The notes under the pieces are model-generated. The model had not been told where the DNA came from, ran no database searches, and was given only the letters and a program-made list of their open reading frames with translations. Below are positions 10,702-19,897 of a stretch of DNA of 64,000 bases, in pieces. Numbering within the stretch: position 1 is the first letter of the stretch; every line of letters begins with the position of its first letter. Both the position numbers and the translations under genes were made by a program. Source of the DNA: an uncultured Chloroflexia bacterium (GTDB taxonomy: Bacteria; Chloroflexota; Anaerolineae; Anaerolineales; UBA11858); contig CAVOGS010000009.1 of the NCBI GenBank assembly GCA_963695575.1, positions 3,329-67,328 on the forward strand. Reading direction: 5' to 3'.

Positions 10702-11883
10702 TTATCCATGAAATTTTCGGCCAGGAAATCCCAATCTCCCGGTTTTTAACACTTCTTCTTTATCCCGGAAATAGTCCAGGATATCCGAGGGATGTTCTCG
10801 CGTCATGTCAATTTCCGGATCTCCACCCTCGTGTTTGGCGGAGATATTCGCAACATGATCAGCGATTTCAACCAACTCATCTCGCCTGTTGTAGGGCTGC
10901 CTGACGATGCTCTTGTAGGTTTCTGTGATGTGATGTTCAAACCGAACAATGTCTTCAAACCCCAGATCTTTCCTGAACTGGGCAGTGATTTCCATGGTTT
11001 GGTTGTCCACAGAATTGCTCCAGTTAAAACCGATCAAGGGCGTTGTGCCGTCATCCCGGGCAAATAATTTGGCGCCCAGCAGAGTCCACAAGCCGGCATA
11101 GGGATTGTCATTCCCCATAAAAACAGAAATCTTGAATTCATTATTCACACCCAGGCGGTGCAGCATATATCCCAGCAGTACTGTGCCGGGATTAATATTC
11201 AATACCTGGCGCACGCCGTATGTTGTGTAATAGTACAGAAACTCATCCAACCAGGCCAGAGCATGTTGATTGGGCTGGCCCACACCGCCAAAATACCCCG
11301 TGATCGTTTCAGGGCCGCCCAAATGTACGTTGGAGCCATCTGTCCCCTTGGTATCTAGTGTTTCAACGTAGCTGGCCCCTAAAATTTGCATGGCTGCCGC
11401 AAAAGCAGCCAGATCGCCATCTTTTTCCTGCTCCTTCATTTTCCGGACCCGGATAAAACGACCAGGCATTAACATGTTTTCAGCGATGGCTTTTTCAGCG
11501 ATCATCCGCACCCAGGGGAAATACTGGCAGGCGCTGATCTCCAGGGTGACTGCAAATTCATCATTGAATTTGGTCTGGTCAGCTTTATCCCCCAGCACTT
11601 TTTTGCGGTAATCCTTAACCGAGATAAATGCGCCGCTTTCTTTTTTCTCTTGCAGCCAGTTCAGATCATCCAGGTATTCCGGTTTGGTCTTCTCCACTAT
11701 CGCCAGCAGGTTATCCAGCTTCCGGGCCTGATCAGCTTTGTTATTAATTTCCTCAGGAGTTCCATATTTTTCCACTACTGCCAGGAAATCGTTGATGACT
11801 GTCATATCTGGATTGAGAAGGATGTTGTTTATTGCTTCTAATCGATCGGGGCTTATTTTTAAACGAGAACGCAGGTCGGTCAT
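10702..11883 (-). CDS. Conserved-looking protein of unknown function; the true 3' end is probably at 10620 after a 1-nt frameshift near 10742
   Basis: I recognise no family for this 393-aa ORF. After ..EEVLKTG the adjacent frame continues with protein-like sequence DWDFLAENFMDKFIATNKTAWALTENGLSFLAAPELHR to TAA at 10620-10622. Confidence 0.6.
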   Translation of the reverse strand: MTDLRSRLKISPDRLEAINNILLNPDMTVINDFLAVVEKYGTPEEINNKADQARKLDNLLAIVEKTKPEYLDDLNWLQEKKESGAFISVKDYRKKVLGDKADQTKFNDEFAVTLEISACQYFPWVRMIAEKAIAENMLMPGRFIRVRKMKEQEKDGDLAAFAAAMQILGASYVETLDTKGTDGSNVHLGGPETITGYFGGVGQPNQHALAWLDEFLYYYTTYGVRQVLNINPGTVLLGYMLHRLGVNNEFKISVFMGNDNPYAGLWTLLGAKLFARDDGTTPLIGFNWSNSVDNQTMEITAQFRKDLGFEDIVRFEHHITETYKSIVRQPYNRRDELVEIADHVANISAKHEGGDPEIDMTREHPSDILDYFRDKEEVLKTGRLGFPGRKFHG

Positions 11884-11913
11884 TTTTTATTCTCCGTTTT
11901 CCTATGTTTAGAA

Positions 11914-11943
11914 AGTAAGTAGTAAATAGTAAGTAGTAAGAAG
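11914..11943. repeat. AT-rich GTAA/GTAG-unit repeat, left arm of the inverted repeat flanking the four-helix-bundle gene
   Basis: The arm reads AGTAAGTAGTAAATAGTAAGTAGTAAGAAG. Its core GTAAGTAGTAAAT (11915-11927) is the exact reverse complement of 12433-12445. Confidence 0.7.
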
Positions 11944-11992
11944 ATTGAATTTCTTTTCTAATGCGCAGGTTATCGCAATACTCCTCATGACA

Positions 11993-12385
11993 TCATCCAG
12001 AAATACAGAATAACTCTGCTTTTGAAATCATTCCGCAAATCAGTCTATTTATTAGTTTACATAGATCAACAAGTTCGTTTCTTGTGTTTTTTGATATGTA
12101 TTTGCATTTGTAGGCAATATTTATCCAGTGCTCAGTCTCATTAAGTTCCGCTGACGCATCGGTGAGTTTTGATATGAAATGCTTAATGTACATCCTTTTA
12201 CTCCAAGCTTCAGCGATTTGAGCTCCTACTGATCTTGATGCTCTCCTTATTTGATTGGTTAGTGAATATGCCTCCTCTTTTGGAAAGGATTTGGTTTCTT
12301 GATAAATTTGATCTGCCAAATCCATTGATTTCTTATACGCGATTAGATCCTGATATTGTTCCGCATACGGCAATTTTTCAGACAT
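11993..12385 (-). CDS. Four-helix-bundle protein (23S rRNA intervening-sequence protein / Avd-like family, TIGR02436 type)
   Basis: This 130-aa ORF carries the family pattern ..AYKKSMDLADQIY..FPKEEAYSLTNQIRRASRSVGAQIAEAW.. ..ELNETEHWI... Confidence 0.8.
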   Translation of the reverse strand: MSEKLPYAEQYQDLIAYKKSMDLADQIYQETKSFPKEEAYSLTNQIRRASRSVGAQIAEAWSKRMYIKHFISKLTDASAELNETEHWINIAYKCKYISKNTRNELVDLCKLINRLICGMISKAELFCISG

Positions 12386-12420
12386 ATCTATTACCCCCTT
12401 TATTGGAAAATCCTTCCTAT

Positions 12421-12452
12421 TTACTATTTACCATTTACTACTTACTACTAAC
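12421..12452. repeat. Right arm of the inverted repeat flanking the four-helix-bundle gene
   Basis: The arm reads TTACTATTTACCATTTACTACTTACTACTAAC. Its reverse complement GTTAGTAGTAAGTAGTAAATGGTAAATAGTAA matches the left arm, with 13 nt perfect and about 16 of 19 overall. Confidence 0.7.
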
Positions 12453-12456
12453 TGAA

Positions 12457-13311
12457 TCAATCCAGTAGTTCAAGGAGATCCGTGAACTCGTCATCACTCA
12501 TTGTGAACCAATTCTCTTTTTGAGGGAAGGTCTTGTCCTTAACTTCTTTGTTGTATTGGATGAGGCCGTTTTGGAGAACTTCTCCGGCATTGCCGTAAAC
12601 TTTGGCCATCTTGGGTGTGAATTTTGGATAGAGGCCGAACATGTCATGGAAGATCAACAGCTGTCCGTGGGCGTCCGGGCCAGATCCAAGGCTCATGATC
12701 AGGCAGTCTTCCGCCCGTTCGGTGATTATTTTGGTTACCCGGTCGGGCACCATTTCTAACAGGATACAGAATGCGCCCGCTTCTTCCAGGGACTTGGCAT
12801 CATCAATGATCTCTTTGGCCTGGGTAGCCCCTTTTCCCTGGACCCGGAAGCCACCCAGGGCGGCTACACTCTGGGGAGTCAAACCCAGATGGCCGACAGC
12901 TGGAATTCCGGCATTGACGATAGCATTCATGCGATCAGCCATCACATGCCCGCCCTCCAATTTGATGGCATCACAGCTGGCTTCTGCCATAAACCGACCG
13001 GCATTTAACACCGCGGATTCAACACTTGCCTGGTAGGACATATAGGGCATATCACCCACGAGGAAAGCCGTTGGCGCGCCTCTGCGAACTGCCTGGGTAT
13101 GCCGGATCATATCTTCCATGGTCACCGGGAGAGTACCATCATAACCAAGCATGGTCATGCCCAGGCTGTCTCCCACTAAAAGCATATCCATTTCAGCCTG
13201 TTCCTGAAAATAGGCAGTGGGATAATCGTAGCAGGTCAACCAGGAGATCGGTTCACCTTTGGCGGCTTTGTCGAAAAGGGTGCGGATGGTGACTTTTTTG
13301 CGGTCGGACAT
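12457..13311 (-). CDS. panB: 3-methyl-2-oxobutanoate hydroxymethyltransferase (ketopantoate hydroxymethyltransferase)
   Basis: This 284-aa ORF reads ..ISWLTCYDYPTAYF..LLVGDSLGMTMLGYDGTLPVTMEDMIRHTQAV..GDMPYMSYQ... The SD is GGAGG. Confidence 0.93.
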   Translation of the reverse strand: MSDRKKVTIRTLFDKAAKGEPISWLTCYDYPTAYFQEQAEMDMLLVGDSLGMTMLGYDGTLPVTMEDMIRHTQAVRRGAPTAFLVGDMPYMSYQASVESAVLNAGRFMAEASCDAIKLEGGHVMADRMNAIVNAGIPAVGHLGLTPQSVAALGGFRVQGKGATQAKEIIDDAKSLEEAGAFCILLEMVPDRVTKIITERAEDCLIMSLGSGPDAHGQLLIFHDMFGLYPKFTPKMAKVYGNAGEVLQNGLIQYNKEVKDKTFPQKENWFTMSDDEFTDLLELLD

Positions 13312-13460
13312 ATGATTTCCTCCAGATTTTATTGGTCCGGGCTGTTATTTCCGGGTATAAGGGAAAACACCCGCAATACTAACGGGTGTTTTTGGCAGGA
13401 TTTTATTTTCATAAAGGAGCTTACCATTCAGGAAAATATTGCAGCTCCTAAAGCGGGGTG
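13312..13460 (-). promoter_or_regulatory. Structured 5' leader of panB with a terminator-like hairpin; candidate pan-type cis-regulatory RNA
   Basis: On the minus strand there is a hairpin AGGAGCT/AGCTCCT (13415-13421 / 13443-13449). It is followed by AAAACACCCG-loop-CGGGTGTTTT (13364-13373 / 13383-13392) about 50 nt before the ATG. No gene lies upstream on this strand. Confidence 0.45.
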
Positions 13461-13652
13461 TTCTAATGGAAGAACATGTCTGGTCCAGTGTCATAGATAG
13501 ATCCTGGTCACACCAAACGATCCGTGAACAATCTATATTTTACGCCATTTATAAGATGGGGGCAATAAAAACGATTTTTTTGGGGATGAAATTTGTGGAA
13601 AGCGATGATGTTTTTTCGTGATTGGGGTAGTATTTATTGTGATAAAGATAAC

Positions 13653-13681
13653 TTGCTAATCAACCCCTTTTTAGTCATAAT
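13653..13681 (+). promoter_or_regulatory. Candidate sigma70-type promoter for folD
   Basis: TTGCTA (13653-13658), a 17-nt spacer and CATAAT (13676-13681) lie about 90 nt upstream of the folD ATG. Confidence 0.4.
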
Positions 13682-13773
13682 ATTTTTAGAATGGCGCTTT
13701 AGGTTAACCTGAGATTATCTTTGTTTTTCTGAAACACTAACAATTCATTTCTCATTCACAAAGGGAGTGGTTT

Positions 13774-14655
13774 ATGACCGCAAAAATCATTGATGGCCGA
13801 GCTGTTGCAAAAGAAGTCCGCGATGCTGTGGCCGCTGACGTAGCAGCTATGGTGGCAGAGGGAAAGAACCCGCCAGGATTGGCAACAGTTTTGGTTGGTG
13901 AAAACCCTGCCTCTCAGGTCTATGTAAGCATGAAACACAAAGCTTGCGAAAAAGCAGGGATCAAATCCATTGGCCATATTCTTCCGGCAACAGCAACCCA
14001 GGAAGAAGTTGAAAAAATGGTTAAGGATCTAAACGACGATCCAGAAGTCCACGGCATTCTTGTTCAGCTTCCTCTTCCAGATGGTTTGGATGATGAAAGT
14101 GTGCTCAGAACGATCAGCATAGATAAGGATGTGGATGGATTCCATCCCTTAAATATTGGTCGCCTGGCGCAAAAAGGCCGAGAACCCCAGTTTGTGCCGG
14201 CAACCCCGGATGGCGTTTTATACCTGCTAAAAAACGCCGGAGTAGAACTCGAGGGAGCCAATGCGGTAGTGTTGGGCAGGTCTTTTATCGTTGGAATGCC
14301 GGCGGCCTTGCTTCTGGTGAAAGAGAATGCCACTGTTACGATCTGTCATTCCAGGACCAAGAATTTGAAGGAAAAATGTGCTGAAGCCGATGTGCTGATC
14401 GCCGCAGTAGGCCGCGCCGAAATGGTCAAGGGTGACTGGATCAAACCGGGTGCCGCAGTGATCGATGTTGGCACTAACCGAGTTGATGATGACAGTGTTG
14501 AACGAGGTTACAGATTAGTGGGAGATGTTGATTATAATGAAGCCTTGGAAGTAGCAGGTTATCTCACACCTGTACCGGGTGGCGTTGGACCGATGACAAT
14601 TGCCATGCTGCTGCGGAACACCGTTCGCGCAGCCAAATTGGCAAATGGAAATTGA
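13774..14655 (+). CDS. folD: Bifunctional methylene-THF dehydrogenase / methenyl-THF cyclohydrolase
   Basis: This 293-aa ORF reads ..ASQVYVSMKHKACEKAGI.. ..GILVQLPLP.. ..DVDGFHPLNIGRL.. ..PVPGGVGPMTIAMLL... The SD is AAGGGAG. Confidence 0.95.
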   Translation: MTAKIIDGRAVAKEVRDAVAADVAAMVAEGKNPPGLATVLVGENPASQVYVSMKHKACEKAGIKSIGHILPATATQEEVEKMVKDLNDDPEVHGILVQLPLPDGLDDESVLRTISIDKDVDGFHPLNIGRLAQKGREPQFVPATPDGVLYLLKNAGVELEGANAVVLGRSFIVGMPAALLLVKENATVTICHSRTKNLKEKCAEADVLIAAVGRAEMVKGDWIKPGAAVIDVGTNRVDDDSVERGYRLVGDVDYNEALEVAGYLTPVPGGVGPMTIAMLLRNTVRAAKLANGN

Positions 14656-14706
14656 TCTGGCAGATTCAACTGGCCTTGTCGCTATTTATATTAAAGGAGT
14701 GAACAA

Positions 14707-16621
14707 ATGACTTTTCAGAAGAAACCAGTAACCCCGTCTCCATTGACGCTGCTGGATCCAGTGCCATCGGATATCGATATCGCTCATGCAGCGGTAATAA
14801 AACCGATCAAGGATCTTGCGGATGAGATAGGGATCCTGGATGACGAGCTTGAGTTATACGGTAAATACAAAGCCAAAGTGACTCTTGATATCCTGGAGCG
14901 GCTGAAGGATGTGCCGGACGGAAAATATATTGACGTAACTGCTATTACCCCTACACCTCTGGGAGAAGGTAAAACCACCACTACGGTGGGATTGAGCCAG
15001 GCCCTGGGCGCCCATCTGGGCAAGAGCCTGTTCACCTGCATCCGCCAACCCAGCCAGGGACCAACCTTCGGCATCAAGGGCGGTGCAGCAGGTGGCGGTT
15101 ACAGCCAGGTCATTCCCATGGAAGATTTTAACCTGCACCTGACCGGCGATATCCATGCCATTACTGCTGCCAACAACCTGGTCGCAGCGGCGATCGATAC
15201 CCGCATGTACCATGAAAGCCGACAGAGTGATGAGGCGCTGTTCAAACGCCTTTGTCCGCCAGATAAAAACGGGAAACGGGAATTTGCTCCGATCATGTTC
15301 CGCAGACTTAAGAAATTGGGAATTGATAAAACAAACCCCGATGACCTGACTCCGGAAGAATATGGCAAATTCGTGCGCCTGGATATGGATCCGGATGCTG
15401 TCACCTGGCGCAGGATTGTGGATACCAATGACCGCATGCTGCGAGAAATTGAGATTGGTATTGGTCCCAAAGAGGAAGGATTCACCCGTCGAACCGGTTT
15501 TGATATCTCTGTTGCCAGTGAGATCATGGCTATCCTGGCCTTGACAACGGATCTGGCTGATATGCGTGAGCGCTTCGGACGGGCAGTTGTGGCCACCAGC
15601 AGGGCCGGCGATCCAGTCACGATGGATGACCTTGGTGTAGCAGGTGCTGTTACGGTGTTGATGAAAGATGCTATCAAACCCACACTGATGCAGACCGTTG
15701 AAGGCACCCCGGCCCTGGTCCATGCTGGTCCGTTTGCGAATATCGCTCACGGCAACAGTTCGATCATCGCAGACAGAATTGCTCTCAAGCTGGCAGACTA
15801 TGTGCTGACGGAGTCTGGTTTTGGTGCGGATATCGGCATGGAGAAGTTCTTTAACATCAAATGCCGCTACTCCGGACTGGTGCCTGATGTGGTTGTTCTG
15901 GTCGCGACTGTGCGAGCCCTGAAGATGCACGGCGGCGGCCCCACGGTTACAGCGGGTGCTCCCCTGGACCCAGCATATGTGACCGAGAACCTGGAGCTGC
16001 TGCGAGAAAGGTCTCTGCAACCTGGAAGTCCATATCGAAAACGCTCTAAAGTTTGGTATCACAACCGTTGTTGCTGTAAACAGCTTTAAAGACGATACTC
16101 CGGCAGAGGTTGAAATGGTACGTGAAGCCGCCATGAAGGCCGGCGCCTATAATGCCGTTGTCACCCGCCATTGGATGGAGGGGGGCAAGGGCGCGGTTGA
16201 TCTCGCCAAGGCAGTAGTTGAAGCCTGTGAGCAGCCCAGCGACTTCAAATTCCTCTATCCGCTGAAGGGCACTTCCATCAAGGAAAAAATCGAGATCATC
16301 TGCAAGGAGATCTACGGCGCTGATGGCGTCACCTATGAGCCTCTGGCAGAAAAGAAGGTTGAACTGTACACCAAACTGGGTTTTGATGAACTGCCCATGT
16401 GTATGGCCAAAACACATCTGAGCATGAGCCATGATGGGACCTTAAAAGGCAGACCAACTGGATTTACTGTTCCGATTCGAGATATTCGAGCATCAGTAGG
16501 CGCTGGATTCCTGTATCCTTTGCTTGGTTCGATGAGCACTATGCCCGGCCTGCCCACTCGGCCAGCTTACTACGAAATTGATATCGATCTTGAGACCGGC
16601 GAAGTGCTTGGTCTCTCCTGA
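14707..16621 (+). pseudogene. fhs: Formate--tetrahydrofolate ligase, interrupted by a single +1 frameshift near 16003-16009
   Basis: ORFs 14707-16089 and 16115-16621 are collinear with Fhs (P-loop [13 protein letters not shown]). Frame 1 reads ..ENLELLR and frame 2 continues [30 protein letters not shown].. from 16007. Confidence 0.9.
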
Positions 16622-16701
16622 ATCAATCGTATGGACGATTGATTTAAGTGATAACTGAACAAATGGGGCGGTTAACCAGGAATGGTTAACTGCCCCTGTT
16701 T
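16621..16701 (+). terminator. Two hairpins downstream of fhs (terminator region)
   Basis: A perfect 10-bp hairpin AATCAATCGT-ATGG-ACGATTGATT spans 16621-16644. A second, GGGGCGGTTAACC / GGTTAACTGCCCC (16665-16677 / 16684-16696), is followed by TGTTTC. Confidence 0.5.
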
Positions 16702-16761
16702 CAAACCCCATCTTTGAGGGGTCTTTACTGGTTGAACTATTTAGTTGAATTGAAGGAAGCG

Positions 16762-17540
16762 ATGACAAATCGCGGATCGGAATCTTTCCATTGGTGGGAT
16801 TTTCATCATGACTGGACGCTGGACAGCGGGGATGTCATCGAAGAAATAACCCTGACAATATATGTGAATGGTGTGGAATTTGTCTCGTTGATGGGAACGC
16901 CGCTCAATCAAGACTGGTTGGCGGTTGGTTTCTTAATGAACGAGGGGATCATTGAGAGCCTGGATGAGATCAGTGATCTCAGGATCACACCGGATGGTTG
17001 CTGTATCGATGTCTGGCTGAACCGGGATGTTGATCTCCCCCAGAAAATGGTCCTGACTTCCGGATGTGGAGGAGGATTAACCCGGGAAGATTCCCAACCC
17101 GGGATAGAACCTCTCCCTGTTGGGATCTGTACGACACCGGATATGATCCTCAAGGCATTTACACACCTGCAAACAAAAGAAAGCCTTTATGCCAGGGCCC
17201 GTGGAGTACACGCCGCTGGTTTGCTGGATCTAGAAACAGCGAGTTTACTCCAGGTTGTGGAAGATATCGGCCGGCATAATACTATTGATAAACTTCATGG
17301 TGCCTGTTTGATGCAAGGATATTCAGACTGGAAGGTCGGGGCTTGATATCCACAGGCAGGATATCTTCGGAAATGCTGCGCAAGGGTGCATTTATGGGAT
17401 GTCCGATTATAGCGTCCAGAACATCTCCAACCTCGGCGGCAGTAGATCTGGCTCGCAAGTGGAATATTACACTGGTTGGGTATGCTCGACATGGAAAACT
17501 GCGAGTATACTGTAATCCAGAACGTTTGGGTTTTAAATAG
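16762..17540 (+). pseudogene. fdhD: Formate dehydrogenase accessory sulfurtransferase FdhD, single frameshift near 17325-17340
   Basis: The ATG at 16762 follows GAAGGA. The sequence ..VEDIGRHNTIDKL.. sits in one frame, and ..LISTGRISSEMLRKGAFMGCPIIASRTSPTSAAVDLARKWNITLVGYAR.. in the next (ORF 17343-17540). Confidence 0.85.
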
Positions 17541-17598
17541 TTGCTGGTCATGGGAATTGAATAATACATACGTACTGGCTGAGTATTAAGGAGAGGCC

Positions 17599-18066
17599 AT
17601 GGATAAAAGTTTAGAAACCATCTTTTCCAAATATGAGGGTAAGAGGGAAAACGTTATTCCGATTCTGCAAAAGGTACAGGAAGAGTATACCTATCTGCCA
17701 CAGAACTTGATGGCTGAAATTGCAGAATATACCCGCGTTCCGGCGAGTGATATATATGGAGTAGCCACATTTTATGCCCAGTTCCGTTTTACGCCTACGG
17801 GAGAAAACCTTATTTCTGTCTGCCGGGGTACCGCCTGTCATGTTCGGGGAGCCCCGAGAATATTTGAGGAAATAACGGCCCAACTGGGTCTGGATGGAGA
17901 AGGCACAACTGAGGATAAAAAATACACTGTCGAAACTGTCGCCTGTGTCGGATGCTGTGCCCTGGCACCGGTCATGACAATCAATGAAGAAGTACATGGC
18001 GATTTGACCAAACAGAAGGTCAGAAAATTAGTTCAGACCAAAGGGGATCAGAATGGAGAAGAATAA
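17599..18066 (+). CDS. NuoE-like [2Fe-2S] thioredoxin-fold subunit of an NAD(P)-linked formate dehydrogenase/hydrogenase module
   Basis: This 155-aa ORF has the Cys pattern CRGTACHVRG..CVGCCALAP. The SD is AAGGAGAGG. Confidence 0.85.
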   Translation: MDKSLETIFSKYEGKRENVIPILQKVQEEYTYLPQNLMAEIAEYTRVPASDIYGVATFYAQFRFTPTGENLISVCRGTACHVRGAPRIFEEITAQLGLDGEGTTEDKKYTVETVACVGCCALAPVMTINEEVHGDLTKQKVRKLVQTKGDQNGEE

Positions 18067-19867
18067 TCGGACGATCCTTATTTGCAGGGGAACCGGCTGT
18101 GAATCTTCCAAGTCACCTGAAATTCAGGCGGCTTTGGAAGAAAGCCTTCAAGGCACGGATGTTGAAGTGAAATTCACCGGCTGTCACGGAATGTGCCAGC
18201 AAGGCCCAATTGTTATCGTTGAACCAGAAGATGTTTTTTACGCGAAGGTTCAAACCAGAGATGTCGCAAAAATTGTAGATAAACATATCCATCAGGGTGA
18301 ACCAGTTGAAAAACTTTTTTACCAGGATCCAACCAGCAAAGACAGGATTTCAAGTTATCATGAAATTCCATTTTATGCCCGTCAGAAACGGCTGGTTCTT
18401 CGCAACTGTGGACAGATCAACCCGGAAGAAATCGAGGACTCCCTGGCAGTTGGCGTGTACCAAGGGCTTGAGAAGGCGCTTGGGATGGAGCCCGTCGATA
18501 TTGTCGGTGAAGTAAGAGCGTCTGGGCTGCGAGGCCGCGGCGGCGGCGGATTTTCCACTGGCATGAAATGGCATTTCTGCCAGACTGCAAAAGGGGATCC
18601 AAAATATGTTCTCTGCAATGCAGATGAAGGAGACCCCGGTGCGTTTATGGATCGCTCTGTCTTAGAAGGCGATCCGCATTCTGTGCTCGAAGGAATGATC
18701 ATCGCTGGATTTGCTATTGGTGCCAGCCAGGGATACATATACTGCCGGGCCGAATATCCCCTGGCCATAAAAAGATTGCAGATCGCTATTGAACAGGCCA
18801 GAGAAAAAGGTTTCCTGGGTAAGAAGATCCTGGGAACTAAATTCAGTTTTGATATTGAAATTTTCCATGGAGCAGGAGCTTTTGTGTGTGGAGAAGAAAC
18901 AGCCCTGATCACTTCTATAGAAGGCAATCGGGGAATGCCCCGATCCAGGCCGCCATACCCTGCAAATGAGGGATTACATGGAAAACCCACCCTGTTGAAT
19001 AATGTCAAAACCTATGCCAACATTCCGCTGATTATCAGTAATGGCTCGGAGTGGTTTGCCGACATTGGAACCGAAAAAAGCAAAGGTACTGCCGTATTTG
19101 CTCTGACCGGGAAAATTGCGAATAGTGGGCTGATTGAAGTCCCTATGGGTGTAACTCTGCGGGAGGTCATTTATGATATTGGGGGAGGTGTCCTGGATGG
19201 AAAAAAGTTTAAAGCGGTGCAAACCGGAGGTCCTTCCGGGGGATGTTTGCCAGAATCTTTCCTTGACACCCCGGTTGACTATGACTCTTTGATTGAAGCA
19301 GGATCGATGATGGGATCAGGCGGTATGGTTGTATTGGATGAGGACACCTGTATGGTTGATGTTGCCCGCTACTTCCTTGATTTTACGGAAATGGAATCCT
19401 GTGGAAAATGTGCTCCCTGCCGACTGGGGACCAAACAAATGCTGAATATCCTGGAAGATATTGTGGAAGGTAGGGGGCAATCCGGTGATATCGAACGCCT
19501 GGAGGAAATTGCCAGGGGGGTGAAATTGGGATCACTTTGTGGTCTGGGTCAAACTGCCCCCAATCCAGTATTAACCACCTTGCGGTATTTCCGGGACGAA
19601 TATGAAGCCCATATCCATGGAAACGCCTGTCCGGCAAAACAATGTAAGGCATTTATCTCTTTCCATATCCTGGACAGCTGTGTTGGCTGTGGGTTGTGCA
19701 GGAAAAATTGTCCGGTTGAGGCTATCAGTGGTGAGCAAAAAGAAATCCACACAATAGATCAGGATATATGTATTCAATGCGGGGTGTGTTATGAGGTATG
19801 TCCTCCCAAAGTTTTCTCCGTAGAAATTCGTACTGGGGCAGAGCGGCTAATTGAAGAACCGGTTTAA
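18053..19867 (+). CDS. NuoF-like flavoprotein subunit (FMN/NADH-binding, N-terminal 2Fe-2S, C-terminal 2x[4Fe-4S])
   Basis: This 604-aa ORF reads CRGTGCESS..CHGMCQQGP, then GLRGRGGGGFSTGMKW, then ESCGKCAPCR, with ferredoxin motifs CVGCGLCRKNCP and CIQCGVCYEVCP. Confidence 0.88.
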   Translation: MEKNNRTILICRGTGCESSKSPEIQAALEESLQGTDVEVKFTGCHGMCQQGPIVIVEPEDVFYAKVQTRDVAKIVDKHIHQGEPVEKLFYQDPTSKDRISSYHEIPFYARQKRLVLRNCGQINPEEIEDSLAVGVYQGLEKALGMEPVDIVGEVRASGLRGRGGGGFSTGMKWHFCQTAKGDPKYVLCNADEGDPGAFMDRSVLEGDPHSVLEGMIIAGFAIGASQGYIYCRAEYPLAIKRLQIAIEQAREKGFLGKKILGTKFSFDIEIFHGAGAFVCGEETALITSIEGNRGMPRSRPPYPANEGLHGKPTLLNNVKTYANIPLIISNGSEWFADIGTEKSKGTAVFALTGKIANSGLIEVPMGVTLREVIYDIGGGVLDGKKFKAVQTGGPSGGCLPESFLDTPVDYDSLIEAGSMMGSGGMVVLDEDTCMVDVARYFLDFTEMESCGKCAPCRLGTKQMLNILEDIVEGRGQSGDIERLEEIARGVKLGSLCGLGQTAPNPVLTTLRYFRDEYEAHIHGNACPAKQCKAFISFHILDSCVGCGLCRKNCPVEAISGEQKEIHTIDQDICIQCGVCYEVCPPKVFSVEIRTGAERLIEEPV

Positions 19868-19897
19868 TTTATTCTTCGTGCATAATTGGAGATATTT

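Noticed and set aside
11914-12452. The AT-rich repeats considered as a CRISPR array or part of a diversity-generating retroelement.
   Set aside because: There are only two inverted arms with no regular repeat-spacer structure. There is no reverse transcriptase and no template/variable repeat pair nearby.
13460-13773. A ZTP (pfl) or THF riboswitch upstream of folD/fhs.
   Set aside because: I could not find the conserved cores as I remember them (GACUGGCG / CCGCCUGGGC-type elements). Only a plain promoter-like element is visible.
14854-16134. A 426-aa ORF antisense to fhs, the longest non-annotated ORF in the window.
   Set aside because: It lies entirely inside the unmistakable fhs coding region on the opposite strand. 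Its composition is Arg/Ser/His/Gly-rich and low-complexity, with no recognisable motif. It is a typical shadow ORF.
18382-19008. A 208-aa ORF antisense to the NuoF-like gene. ORF 9586-10203, antisense to CoA-transferase A, is a similar case.
   Set aside because: Both are shadow ORFs inside strongly supported genes, with Pro/Arg/Ser-rich translations.
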